Shown here: in pieces, positions 34,450-46,100 of the stretch
How the letters are laid out: each line of letters opens with the position of its first letter
Numbering within the stretch: position 1 is the stretch's first letter
Assembly: GCA_030141605.1 (NCBI GenBank)
Contig: JAQGDQ010000152.1
Location: forward strand, 310,001-374,000
Origin: Tubiluchus corallicola
Taxonomy: Eukaryota > Animalia > Priapulida
Direction: 5' to 3'
Length of the DNA: 64,000 nucleotides
Translations under genes and position numbers: made by a program
The notes under the pieces: model-generated
Seen by the model: the letters and a program-made list of their open reading frames with translations, nothing else
Told to the model about the DNA's origin: nothing
The model's database searches: none

Positions 34450-36300
34450 AATGATGCCAAAGATGAGATGGTGTAGATTTCACAGACGGAAAGCACTGAA
34501 CCTCCAGATCCTCTCCTGTCAACAGCAAAGAGTTAGGGAATTACCACCATAAAGGAATATTAACATTGAGGCATTATTAGCACTGTCAGCTATATTACAG
34601 AGCCCTAGAAGCTGTTGGCTTCTTGCGCCCAGTAATGTACTTAAGATAAATGCTTCACCGATCTAAGTTCTTGCCTTTATCCTAAATGAAATCCAATTAG
34701 AAAGCTGCCTTGGATTGTGATTGCCCAATGACTTTCTTGTTTTCTTTATAGCTTCATCGAATGCAGCACGTGTTAGCTAAAATCCGAACGTTTGAAGAAC
34801 AGTAGTTAGTATACTCATTTGCAAACCTTCTGGCCTACAACTTTTTGGCTTTATTCCCACCAGATCACATAGCTCGTGTAGTACTTGCACTCTAGCAACA
34901 TATCATACTTGGCTTTGCACCAGGCCTGGGTCTTTTTGCTTTTATTCTCAAAGGCTTAAAGGCATCTTGATGGCTAGTCTCCCACAATAAACCAAAGAGC
35001 CCCATTTTGATCATCTACTGCTTGGGCATACTTCGCTCAAAAGTCTGCTCAAAAGCTTCTTTCAAATTTTTAATAAAGCAGTGCTCTATTTTCTCACGAT
35101 GATATCTTTCTTTTGACCAACATGCTTTTTCTGAAGCTTGATTTTGTAAGACAATAGGAAATGAGGTGGCTCTATAATAGGAATGGGTAATGAGCTAAAA
35201 ATATGTTCCAAAGGAGATCTTGCCTGGTTATATGGTCCAAGACATGTGGCTCAGCCATGGCTTAGCCTTGAAAAATGAGTTACGGCTGTCATAGACTATG
35301 CAGTACACATTCTGCAGGTCTCCAACAGGCAGCCATTTTCATTCATTTTCCCAACTCCACATTTACTTATAGGCAAGTGGAAGGTGATCAGTACCCACTC
35401 TGGCATTGAAGTCATGGTGGGAGAGTAGATGCAGTTGTTGCTGTCAACTTTGTGAGGTAAGACTGCAGTGTTATCAGGGCATATACAGGGCAGAAGTGAG
35501 CATTTTTTACTAGAAAGAACATTCGAATTGAATCGAAATTTCCCATTTTCGAATTCGAATAGACCAAAATTCAGTATTTTGATTACAAATTAAGATTGAA
35601 AGATTTTCGAACAAATTTTCGAATCATCAGTAAATATTGCACACAAAAATCACAGCTAAATTATACTAATTGAATAACATTTTAGCTGTTTTAATGATAC
35701 AGAACATATGTGGTTGAAGTGCTGAAATATTTGAACCTATAGTTTTAAGTTTGAATCGAATTCGAACTAAAAAACGCGTTCGAATTGAATTCGAAGGAAA
35801 AAACTCCTTCAAATCGAATTTGAACTAACAAAACTGGTTAGAATCAAATTAAATTCGAACTAAAACCTCGTTCGAATCGAATACGAATGAATTCGAACGC
35901 TCGAACTCGAACGTTTGATGCCTGAACTCAAACCCCTAATACATGGTGAGATGGAAGGTTGATGCATTTCTCTGCATCAGCTAACGTGGGTCATAGGAGT
36001 GGAGTTGAAAACTGTTTAGTATCATTAAGATCTCACAGGTGGCTGTATGGTCTTGAAGTCAACAACAGGTTGATTACTTTATCGGGCTCGAATAATTAAA
36101 TTTTTATTCTCAGCACAATTAACTTCCTTATAATTACAGAATTTCGTATGAGCGTGTGTAGCTGCAAAGCATTGGAGGATTGAGATAAAAGTTTTCCTTT
36201 TCTTAGTCCAAGGTTGGCGGACGGACTGACGAGCATCTGCCCAGCTTGGCATCACCTTGCCAACACAGTAGTGCAATACCCATAACCCTAACTGCAACAT
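34450..36300 (-). mobile_element. Decayed RTE-clade LINE (endonuclease to RT-linker part), interrupted by a TTCGAA-rich element
   Basis: The minus strand near 35365-35260 reads KCGVGKMNENG.LLE.C...NSFFKAK, the RTE AP-endonuclease signature; heavily frameshifted; boundaries approximate. Confidence 0.6.
35505..35939. mobile_element. TTCGAA-rich dispersed MITE family; other pieces at about 20300-20625, 21638-22455 and 60590-60810
   Basis: Dense GAATTCGAA/TTCGAAT motifs; TAGGGG-type terminus (..CCCCTA at 35933-35938; TAGGGGTGAGCG at 21638); shared internal ATCACAG(C/T)TAAATT core. Confidence 0.6.
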
Positions 36301-36394
36301 GAGCGTGGCATTGTATATCTGTGGTTTTGTGTTATATAGGAACAAAATTGAACGAAAATCCATGACGGATTTTACATTAGTTCATTAATGGTCA

Positions 36395-36540
36395 TACTTA
36401 ATCGGAAGTTGGAGACTGCAATTACAAGAGCATTGATAAGCTTATAACAATTAATTCGCTTTCTTGAAGTCCAGACCACGCTGTTGTTAGAGCACATGAG
36501 TTTATCAGCATAATACAGTAAGCCAAAATAATGGCGGTAG
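36395..36540 (+). promoter_or_regulatory. Putative RNFT2 promoter/TSS region
   Basis: ETS-like CGGAAGT at 36403-36409 and YY1-like ATAATGGCGG overlapping the candidate ATG at 36531. Confidence 0.4.
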
Positions 36541-39500
36541 CAACTAAGGTGGGTATTATTTAATAATGTTAGTAAAAAAAACGTTTAAAAGTTTGTCCAG
36601 CGATGGTTGAATGTGGTTTGTTTCTTTAGTTGGGCTAAGCTGATGAATCTGCTAAAGAGTAAAGTGACATCAAAGGCAATTTTTCTATTTCAAGGTACTG
36701 TTCAGCCTAGGCGGTTCATGTATTAAATGAACTTGAATAATTTAGCTATGCACTTGGTTTGCTTATTTTTAGCCCTCGTTAAGTTATCTGAAGTTACAAA
36801 TTTTCTTGCATGAAGCTTAACGTGAGCTTTTTAGGCGGTTCACAGTGGCTAAACTGAGTAATATTTTTATCAGGTTTCTGTATTTCAACGTCGTTAAAGA
36901 GCGTGCCAATTAAATGTTTAGTTGTTAGCATCCTGTTTTCATTTTAATGTTTTTCCTTAATTTAAGTTTACTCTACTGTTTAATGCCGTCTAACTGTAAC
37001 AAGTTATAACAATATTAGTTTACAAGTTAACTGTACACTATCTATCTTGATGCTTTACTGTGCACTAATGAATAATGTCATTATGCGAATGGTCTGAGTG
37101 CAACTGACATGTGGAAGAAAGTGATAACTGTGCGGCGCAGAGTACGCCACTAGCCAAAGTAGGACACTTCCGCTAAAACAAATTCTGCCAAATTTGTGAA
37201 AAAGCAGTGTCGTACATGTGCAGCCCAAGTAGGACATTGGCGATTTCTGTCGTGAGTCAATAAGTATGACGTAATAAAACGTAAAACTAAATTTGTTTCA
37301 CAAAAAAAGACTGACTATTTTAACTATAATGATAGTATTGTAGTAATTGACATTACAGTGGGCTGCATACTGTCATCACTTGTAACATAATAATAAATTT
37401 ATTTGGAAATGCAAACACAATATCTAGAAACATTGTGAAAAATCTATATTTATAATAATGATTATATTTTGATATGACAGCATGCATGTGAACTGTGTGT
37501 AAATGTTGCAATGGTTGTTACCTTGCATAAGTTCACATTATGTTGCATAACTTTAAAATTAACAATGTTTTGATGAAAGCATTTTTTGTGATTTAATAAG
37601 GTGCCGTTAACCAAATGAGACACTAGGTGGAGCTCAGTCATTTTGCAACAAAAATGGCATTCAGAAACGATGGCACTTCCCAGACTCAAACATCAACTGA
37701 AGAAAATAGTACACCTATCAGTCCTCGTGTGTTTCGGTGGTCGCTTGGCGACGGTCTGAGTGGAGCAACAAATTTTAACACAGAAGCAGTGAATCAGGTA
37801 AACCGAGTCTGTTGTTGTTGTCAGTAGAGATATTAATAAACTAGATTCAGGTTTCCTGTGATTAGAGCCATATAGTTATTGACTAGATTTGTTAAACATA
37901 GCACAAACAGCTGAAGTCACCATAGTTTCAGGCTCTTATGGCACCAGTGTGCCTGCAATTCAGAGCCTTTAGTTTTAGCAGTTTTTGTTCTTTAACACAT
38001 TGCACACCACAGAGAGTTTAATGCCAGGGTATAACTATAACTGAAGCCGGCAGTGAAATTTAATGATTTGTGCCCTTTCTTATATCTAATACATATACAT
38101 GCATATATCTAAATACAGTCAACCCTCGTTAAACCAGACTAATTGGGGGTGGGTGGGTGTTCCGGTTTAGCCGATTGTCCGATTTATCCGATATGCCTAT
38201 ATATGGTCTATATTATACAGGAATAATCACCTTAATAAGGCCTATATACATTGCACTATATACTATACTGTATATTACTTTAAAATAGTTAACCTGTGAG
38301 GATAAAGAAATTATTGTACAGTTTAAATAAAAAATGGCTTCGGCCCGTCAATGGCTCGTGGTGAGTTGGTAGGCCGTGTTGTGTTTAGCGCTCCAGCTCG
38401 GTCGGAAATCGGTCAGTTTCCTTTACCACGGATGACGTCCATCTTATCCGATATCCGGGCTAGCGGGGTCCGGTTTAACGAGGGTCGACTGTATAGATGT
38501 GATATGATATGATAGGAGATGACGACATGACATGATGGTACGTGATGTGGCATGACACGACATGATATGATGTGATATCTAGATGTGATATGCACATAGA
38601 TAAACATATTCTATATACATGTCATCATACATAGATAAACAGCCCAGGTTTATGCATGATACAGCCCAGAGCAAATATCAAACCCATATCATTTGTATGA
38701 AGCACGGGAATCGTACCACTTGAACACAGACCTCGCCACTGAAATCTAGAACAACATCTCCACAAACCTTTTCTTATTATAAAAAGAAAACAACTTTTAT
38801 TAAGAGTTTTAAAATATGAAATATTAAAATGTGTCTCATACATTTAAACTGCAGCCAACAGTGATCTTCAGTGATAGGCTACACAACCAACCCACCAGTT
38901 TAATAAGGAGAGCCTACAGAAATTCTCTATTTACGTATTTACAAGAAAGCTAAATATGTAAACACGAAACTACTGAAATTCTCTAATTAGGTTATTACAA
39001 GAAAGCTAAATATGTAAAGACGAAACTACTGATATTCTCTAATTAGGTTATTACAAGAAAAGCAAATATGTAAAGACGAAACTACAGAAATTCTCTAATT
39101 ACGTTGTTACAAGAAAGCCAAATATGTAAAGATGAAACTACAGAAATTCTCTAATTACGTTGTTACAAAAAAGCCAAATATGTAAAGACGAAACTACTGA
39201 AATTCTCTAATTTGGTTATTACAAGAAAGTCAAATATGTAAAGACGAAACTACTGAAATTCTCTAATTACGTATTTACAAAAAAGTTAAATATGTAAAGA
39301 CGAAACTACTGAAATTCTCTAATTAGGTTATTACAAGAAAGCTAAATATGTAAAGACAAAACTACTGAAATTCTCTAATTAGGTTATTACAAGAAAGTCA
39401 AATATGTAAAGAATTCAGAGACCTGTAGAGAAGACTAAGATACAGTAAAAGTCTAGCTAGATGTTTGTAAACAAAGTTAACGAAATTGAACCACTTTGCA

Positions 39501-40123
39501 AATTTATGGATGTTCTGTTTGCAGATGTTGAGGGATCTAATTTCTAGACAGGAATTGGCACATCTGCCACCAACAACGTCAACTGGTACTCCTGGGCATC
39601 TTCATAACCATCATAGGCATCACCGTCACAGTCACGGACATGGTCATCAGCAGTCGGACGCTTCGGCGGCCAGTAAGTTATCATAACGTACCAGCGATCT
39701 GTTTGTACCTGGCAGCTGAGTTTTTGTTGTGTCTTTAGGACACGTTTGTTCTGGGACTCAGCAAATGAGAGTTCGCTCAACCGAGCAACAATTTTGAGCC
39801 ATTCTGAAGAAGGGAAAACTGGTTTCATAATTTGTACAATTATAGATTTTTATGAGCACGCTGTTCATGCTGTTATGGCACTTTGAAACATAGAACAACT
39901 TGTCTCTGAAAGTAAAGTCATAAGTGTCAATGGCTTGGCAACTTCCCTTGATACACACACACCCACATGCGCACGCTCACACACACACTCACACACACAT
40001 AGTTTGTGTCTACAGATAAATGGAGCTTTATTGGTATGTATATATATATATATATATATATACATACCAATAAAAGGTCATTTATAGATTGTAAATGCAA
40101 AACAACTGAAAAACTACTGAAAT

Positions 40124-40173
<50 letters not shown>

Positions 40174-43100
40174 TTGGCATCCTTCTGTCTCGGAAGACAA
40201 TGGAGTGCGCGCCAAGAGAGTCATTGATGGAGCTGCAGCGTCGACTGTGGCTGAGCAGTCTGATCCTTGAACGTCTCCAGGGCGCACGCCTGGGCAAGGT
40301 GTATGGAGATCCTGAGTTGCCCAGGCAACAGGAACGCCCCTCCCTGGTGTAGTCCAAGGGAAAGCGGAGCGATACGTTTGGCACCAGGTTGGCTGCCGGA
40401 GTCAGTGAGCATGCTGCACTGGTCCGCCTTCTGAGCTCCACTCCTGATTTGGGTCACTTGACCTCCTCCACCCTCTAGTCGTTGGCTGCTTGTGCAGCTC
40501 CTCCACCTAGTGTCGAGATATATTTATATATATATGTATAATGCAATTTTGCATTTTCTTAGATGTACAATAGCAACAGACGTACAATGTCACTTGTATA
40601 GTTTTTGTGGTATCTAATATATGTATGTATGTTTTGTATAATTCTTTTTTACTATTCTTTTTTATAACCAAACAAACATGCATCTTTAATTTGTACACGT
40701 ATGCAAATTAATGATAACAGTATCGGAACTAATACAGTTCTTGTACGTTGAACTTTTGATTTTATTTTTGTAAAGCATTTTTTTCATGCAGGTTTAGTGG
40801 GTAGATGATATTAAGTAGTGCTTCTTAATACTTACTGTAATGTTGCACATTTAATTGAATTTACCTTTTTAGGTACTGCAGATGCTACTAGTCAGCCTCT
40901 TTCGCCCGACTCTGTCGTCGTGAATCTTCCCACGGAAGCAGAAGCTTCGGCCAACGAAAGTTCTGATAACCTGAATAACAATGGTGCACAAAGTTACGAC
41001 CAAATGGGAGCAAACGATTACGCATCTGTTTTGAGGGTTATTGAGAAATACATTCCTTTCATGATGCTGCTACTCATCAAGTTAATGTACGAACATCGGC
41101 TAGGTAAGATCTCATTCATTAGTTACTGCAAGCGTATTTAATTCCCTTTTGCTCAGTTTAGCATCAATAAAATTAAAATATCGTAGACAGTTTTACATAT
41201 TGCAGATTTGCCCTCATAATTTCAGTGTTTTTTAGGCCTGTTATACAGTATATGTGTGTTTGCATAGCAAAAATCGTCCATAACTCAACAGTTAAGCTTT
41301 TCTAGATATTCACATATCCTAAATCTCCATTTCTTGAGGATCATTTTGATACCAAATTCATCGCTCTGTGTTATTTCTAAGCTGAGACAATCCACATTGA
41401 AGTTGAGGTGCATGCTACGCATTGAAAAACATAGTAGCGAGAAAATCCCTGTTAAGGTTAACCATTGTTTTTGTCGTGTTTCTACAAAACACATAGCAAC
41501 CGCACAAATGTTGGTTGCTACGGACTTTTCAAGAACACGTTGAAGTTATATATAAATCCACTAGATCGCTTTAGCCTCTTACTGATGAAGATCTGGGCTT
41601 GCCCAGAGGAAAAGCCTGAAGCAAAATGATTGCTCCATGTGCTACTACTGGAGTCTGAAATGAAAATACAAGTTTTCAGAATTGTGGTCCTAGTTTTTAG
41701 CAAGAAAAGTGGGTACGAGGTTAAAAAATTAGATTTTTAGTACATTTTGAACATTTTCTTCATAATTTGATGTTAGCGTGTAGAAACCCAATATATTTAG
41801 CATTTGTTTTTATAAAAAAACAAAAAATTGACATTAGACCAAATTTTTGGTGCTTTCTACTTTGAAGCATAATAACATGTTTTAACTATACCGACTTATG
41901 GACGATTTAGGTGTGCAAGCAGACACATGTTGAATGCCAAAGAACCATTGTTCCTAACCATACGGACATTCAGAAACATTAAGAGTGTGGTTTGATGTTT
42001 GATGTTTAGCAATTTATTCAACAACACAACATGATTACTGGCTTGAAGAAATGAAAAAAAAAATTAAATTTAGTTTGAACATTGATTACACCAGCAAATT
42101 TTATTCTGAAATAGTTTCTGCATGATCATAGTCTGGAATCTATAGGTGAAATCAACTCTGGTGTGAAAACGGAGCTGAGAATGTGCAATTGTACATGCCT
42201 GTATAAAATTTAAGTTTGCGAAATTTAAAACTGTAAAGAGCAAGATTTAACAATTTTAACAAAAATGTCCATGGATGGCAGCATAGTGCAAAAATAAAAA
42301 AGAATTGTGGAAATATAATATAGATTTAGCATAATTGAAATAATTTTCTTTTGTTCAATTACAATAATTTGTGTGTAGATTAATTTGTAAACAACATAAC
42401 AATTTCCACCATCAATTTCCGCTGTTATTTTTCGCCCTGTGCATCACAAGAATTGCACGTGCCTTAATTATAGATTAAAATTTTCAGATCAAGTATGTGG
42501 AAGTGTGTCTGATACATTTTTGGGGTTATTTCAGGTGTTCTGGTATTAATAGGTTTATTTGCTACTCTATATCATGGTAACAAAACTATTAAAAAAGAAG
42601 TTTCAAAAAAGGTGAGTACAGCAGACCGCATTTTTAATATTCACATAAATCGCACACCTTTCAAATATGAGCTGCAATTATGAAGTAAAATACGGTATAA
42701 TCTGCTTATAACACATTTTAATGCATCGTGAAAATTTACTTGCTATAACCGAGTCTCGCTGTAACTACTATAAACAACCACGAGATTATTGCCGAGGTCT
42801 GTTGTACAAATAATTTCTTTTGAGCCTGACCTTTTGCTACTGTTAAGCAACTATTTTTTCGCAGAAGAGTAAAGTTATAGGGTTCAAGCTCTGTTATTTC
42901 TAGGACTATATCAGTGAAATGGATACAAAACACTAGTTTAACGTGTTGACCAAAAGTTTCTTTATTCTGAAATACAATTATTAACATTTAGTTTAATTTG
43001 CATTGAATAGAAGAAAATTAGTCGCATGATTAAATGTGATGCTATAGCTAAGAACTGATATAAAAATTATGTAGACTATATTGAAATTAATTAATAATAA

Positions 43101-46100
43101 CTTACGTTGTTAGAGCCTTTAACAGTTACAAAGACAGGAATGAGAACTCCAAGTAGCCTTAAGAACAACAATGTCACAACAATAAATTCGTAAGAAATTC
43201 ACAGTCATAATGCTCATCACAGTCAGAAAAATAGAGCAATGGCGGAGAGAACTAAAAAACTTGTAAAATGTCATAAACTATTACAGCTACAGCTCACAAA
43301 AGGGCAAAATGCTAATGTACGGAAGGATATTAGGTGCTTCTATTTTAAAAGAGTGACTACTGTAAAAAGCTAAATGCCTACTAAATAAACAAACAGGTGT
43401 CAGTACTGTGGCAGTAATTGAAAGCTAAATTAAAACCAAAAAGGGCCTATGCACCCACTACAATCAGTTTGTGTGGAATAAATACATCCCTGTATAAAAT
43501 TGCCCGAGTTACCACTTCTGTGATTCATTGTATCATCTGCTGATAGCTGAGCGTGTTTCACATGGGTGTTACAGTTTAAACATTTAACTGGTTCAAGATG
43601 CTGGTCGCCCGTGTGGGTGGAAAGTGGCTAGTTTCTATCAGAGTGGATAAGAACAGTTCTGCTTTTATTTAAATTACTGTATAAGTGCAAAATGATTTTG
43701 TTTATGAGCACTTCAGCAGGACCTACAATGGCTGTTAAATAAGCCTATATCTGCACATTTGTTTACAGAAGTATTTCTATTAAAAATGAAACTTCAAAAA
43801 GTCACAGAATTGCTTAGCTTTTGCAAAGCTGGGCAGTTATTTTTTGAAAAAACTCGGTTATTTTAGCCCGCTTTTACATTAAATTGCACCATAGCTTTAG
43901 TCAAGAAGCTTATGAAAGCCAGGAGAACATGTTATTATCAGGTGTCAGGTGAAGAAGACACAAAAAATTGCTGAAGTTTTGCAAAGATTTCAGCTACATC
44001 TTTCAAGCTAATGTGCTGAAGTTTAGCAAAGGTTTCAGCTACATCTTTCAAGCTAATGTGGTGTAGTTTAGCAAAGGTTTCAGCTACATCTTTCAAGCTA
44101 ACGTGTTGAAGTTTAGCAAAGGTTTCAGCTACATCTTTCAAGCTAATGTGCTGAAGTTTAGCAAAGGTTTCAGCTACATCTTTCAAGCTAATGTGGTGCA
44201 GTTTAGCAAAGGTTTTAGCTACATCTTTCAAGCTAATGTGCTGAAGTTTAGCAAAGGTTTCAGCTACATCTTTCAAGCTAATGTGCTGAAGTTTAGCAAA
44301 GGTTTCAGCTACATCTTTCAAGCTAATGTGCTGAAGTTTAGCAAAGGTTTCAGCTACATCTTTCAAGCTAATGTGTTGAAGTTTAGCGAAGGTTTCATCT
44401 ACATCTTTCAAGCTAACGTGCTGAAGTGTAGCAAAGGTTTCAGCTACATCTTTCAAGCTAATGTGTTGAAGTTTAGCAAAGGTTTCAGCTACATCTTTCA
44501 AGCTAATGTGTTGAAGTTTAGCAAAGGTTTCAGCTACATCTTTCAAGCTAATGTGGTGTAGTTTAGCAAAGATTTCAGCTACATTTTTCAAGCTAGTGTG
44601 CTGACAAACTCATTATTTCTGCATCTGAACCATTGACCGCTTAAGGTACAATTGTAACTTGTTACGTCTGCATGTGCTATGCTTTGTGGTTCACATTTTT
44701 TATGCAGGTTGAGTAGATTAATCCTCCCCGGGTACTGTGACCCTTTTGTTGTAAAAGTCACCCTCGTTATATGCAGAGCAAATCACGGGGCCGGAAAATT
44801 CCCCTCGTCATAAGCAAAGTTTCGTAATGTTGGCCCTCATTGTCAGCAAGGCTTAAATACATTATTTAAGCCTAAGATTTGACAGCACTTTGAAATTTGC
44901 TTGTAGTAACCAGAAACTCGTTATAATAGACCTCGTTATAAGTAGATTATACTGTTGTGTGATTACTGTTTGGCGTATTTTGGCTTTAATCTGAGTTTGT
45001 ATTTGAAGCATGTATTTGAATTTATTTTTGTTTCTAGCATAAAAGAAGTATCGCGAGACTTGCGTGGATTGTCCTGCTAGTGTGCAGCAATATCTTTCTT
45101 ATTTATTTTGTGTTTGCTGATGAAAAACTATATAACGTGTAAGTAGAGTTTCTTTATCTGTTATAAATAGACCTTAAGATGCTCTGCTTTTTTGTGTAAA
45201 TTAATATTCATGATAAGTTTTAAAGCTTCCATAAAGCATTGGATAATATAAGCTACTGTTAAGTAGGGCATTTTCTTAGAGGAAAGTATAAGTTCATGCT
45301 GTTGCGCTTTAACTTTGCTTTTAATGCTATACATCAGGGGCGTGCAAATTGCGGCTCGCGGGTCACTTGCGGCCCGCCGAGAGCATTTGTGCGGCCCGCA
45401 AAGAGATTTGTCAACCTATTGAAAGTGCGGCCTGGGCGATTAATTGAGTGTATCCAGCTGAAGTCCGTGCCACGATCCCAAAGATAGTGCGGGTAGTTTT
45501 TCTACTAGATCGGATGCCATTAACCCTGACAAGTCGGTTGTAGCTTAATGTCACTGTACTACACAGACTGTGCGATACACATTACTAATATGCATTGTAA
45601 TGAAATTACCACTATCTGTCCTGAAAGTAGAAATACATGGTTTGTAATATAAATTTTAATAACTTCTAAAATAGTTTCTTGAGTGTAGTATTAATGATGT
45701 ACGCAGGTCGGATGCAAAAAAAATCGTTATTAGGCCTTTCTGTACTTGGCTCCTTGATCAAACTGTATGCGACCCGCAGGAATTGCGGGAAAGTTTAATC
45801 TGGCCTGGCTAGTTAGATAATTTGCACGCCCCTGCTATACATTTTGTTCTTGTATCTGTACCAGAAGTTTGGTTAAAACACAACTCCTCTCACATGCCCA
45901 AATTCACCACAAAGTCTTCATTTCATTGGTTTTGACATATTTGTTCAAGCATTGCCATGAAACAAATATCTTTTTCAGAAAAGCGTGTTTAGCAATATGT
46001 GCATAGTTTAATTATTTCTTAGCCCACTAAATCGCTGATTATTAAACCAGTTTTCACTTGTATGTCCATTGATGCTGTTATTAATTAGAAAAATAAATAA

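Noticed and set aside
35520-35920. TTCGAA cluster as a heat-shock element array
   Set aside because: Spacing is mostly TTCGAA rather than TTCnnGAA, and it is explained by a dispersed MITE family.
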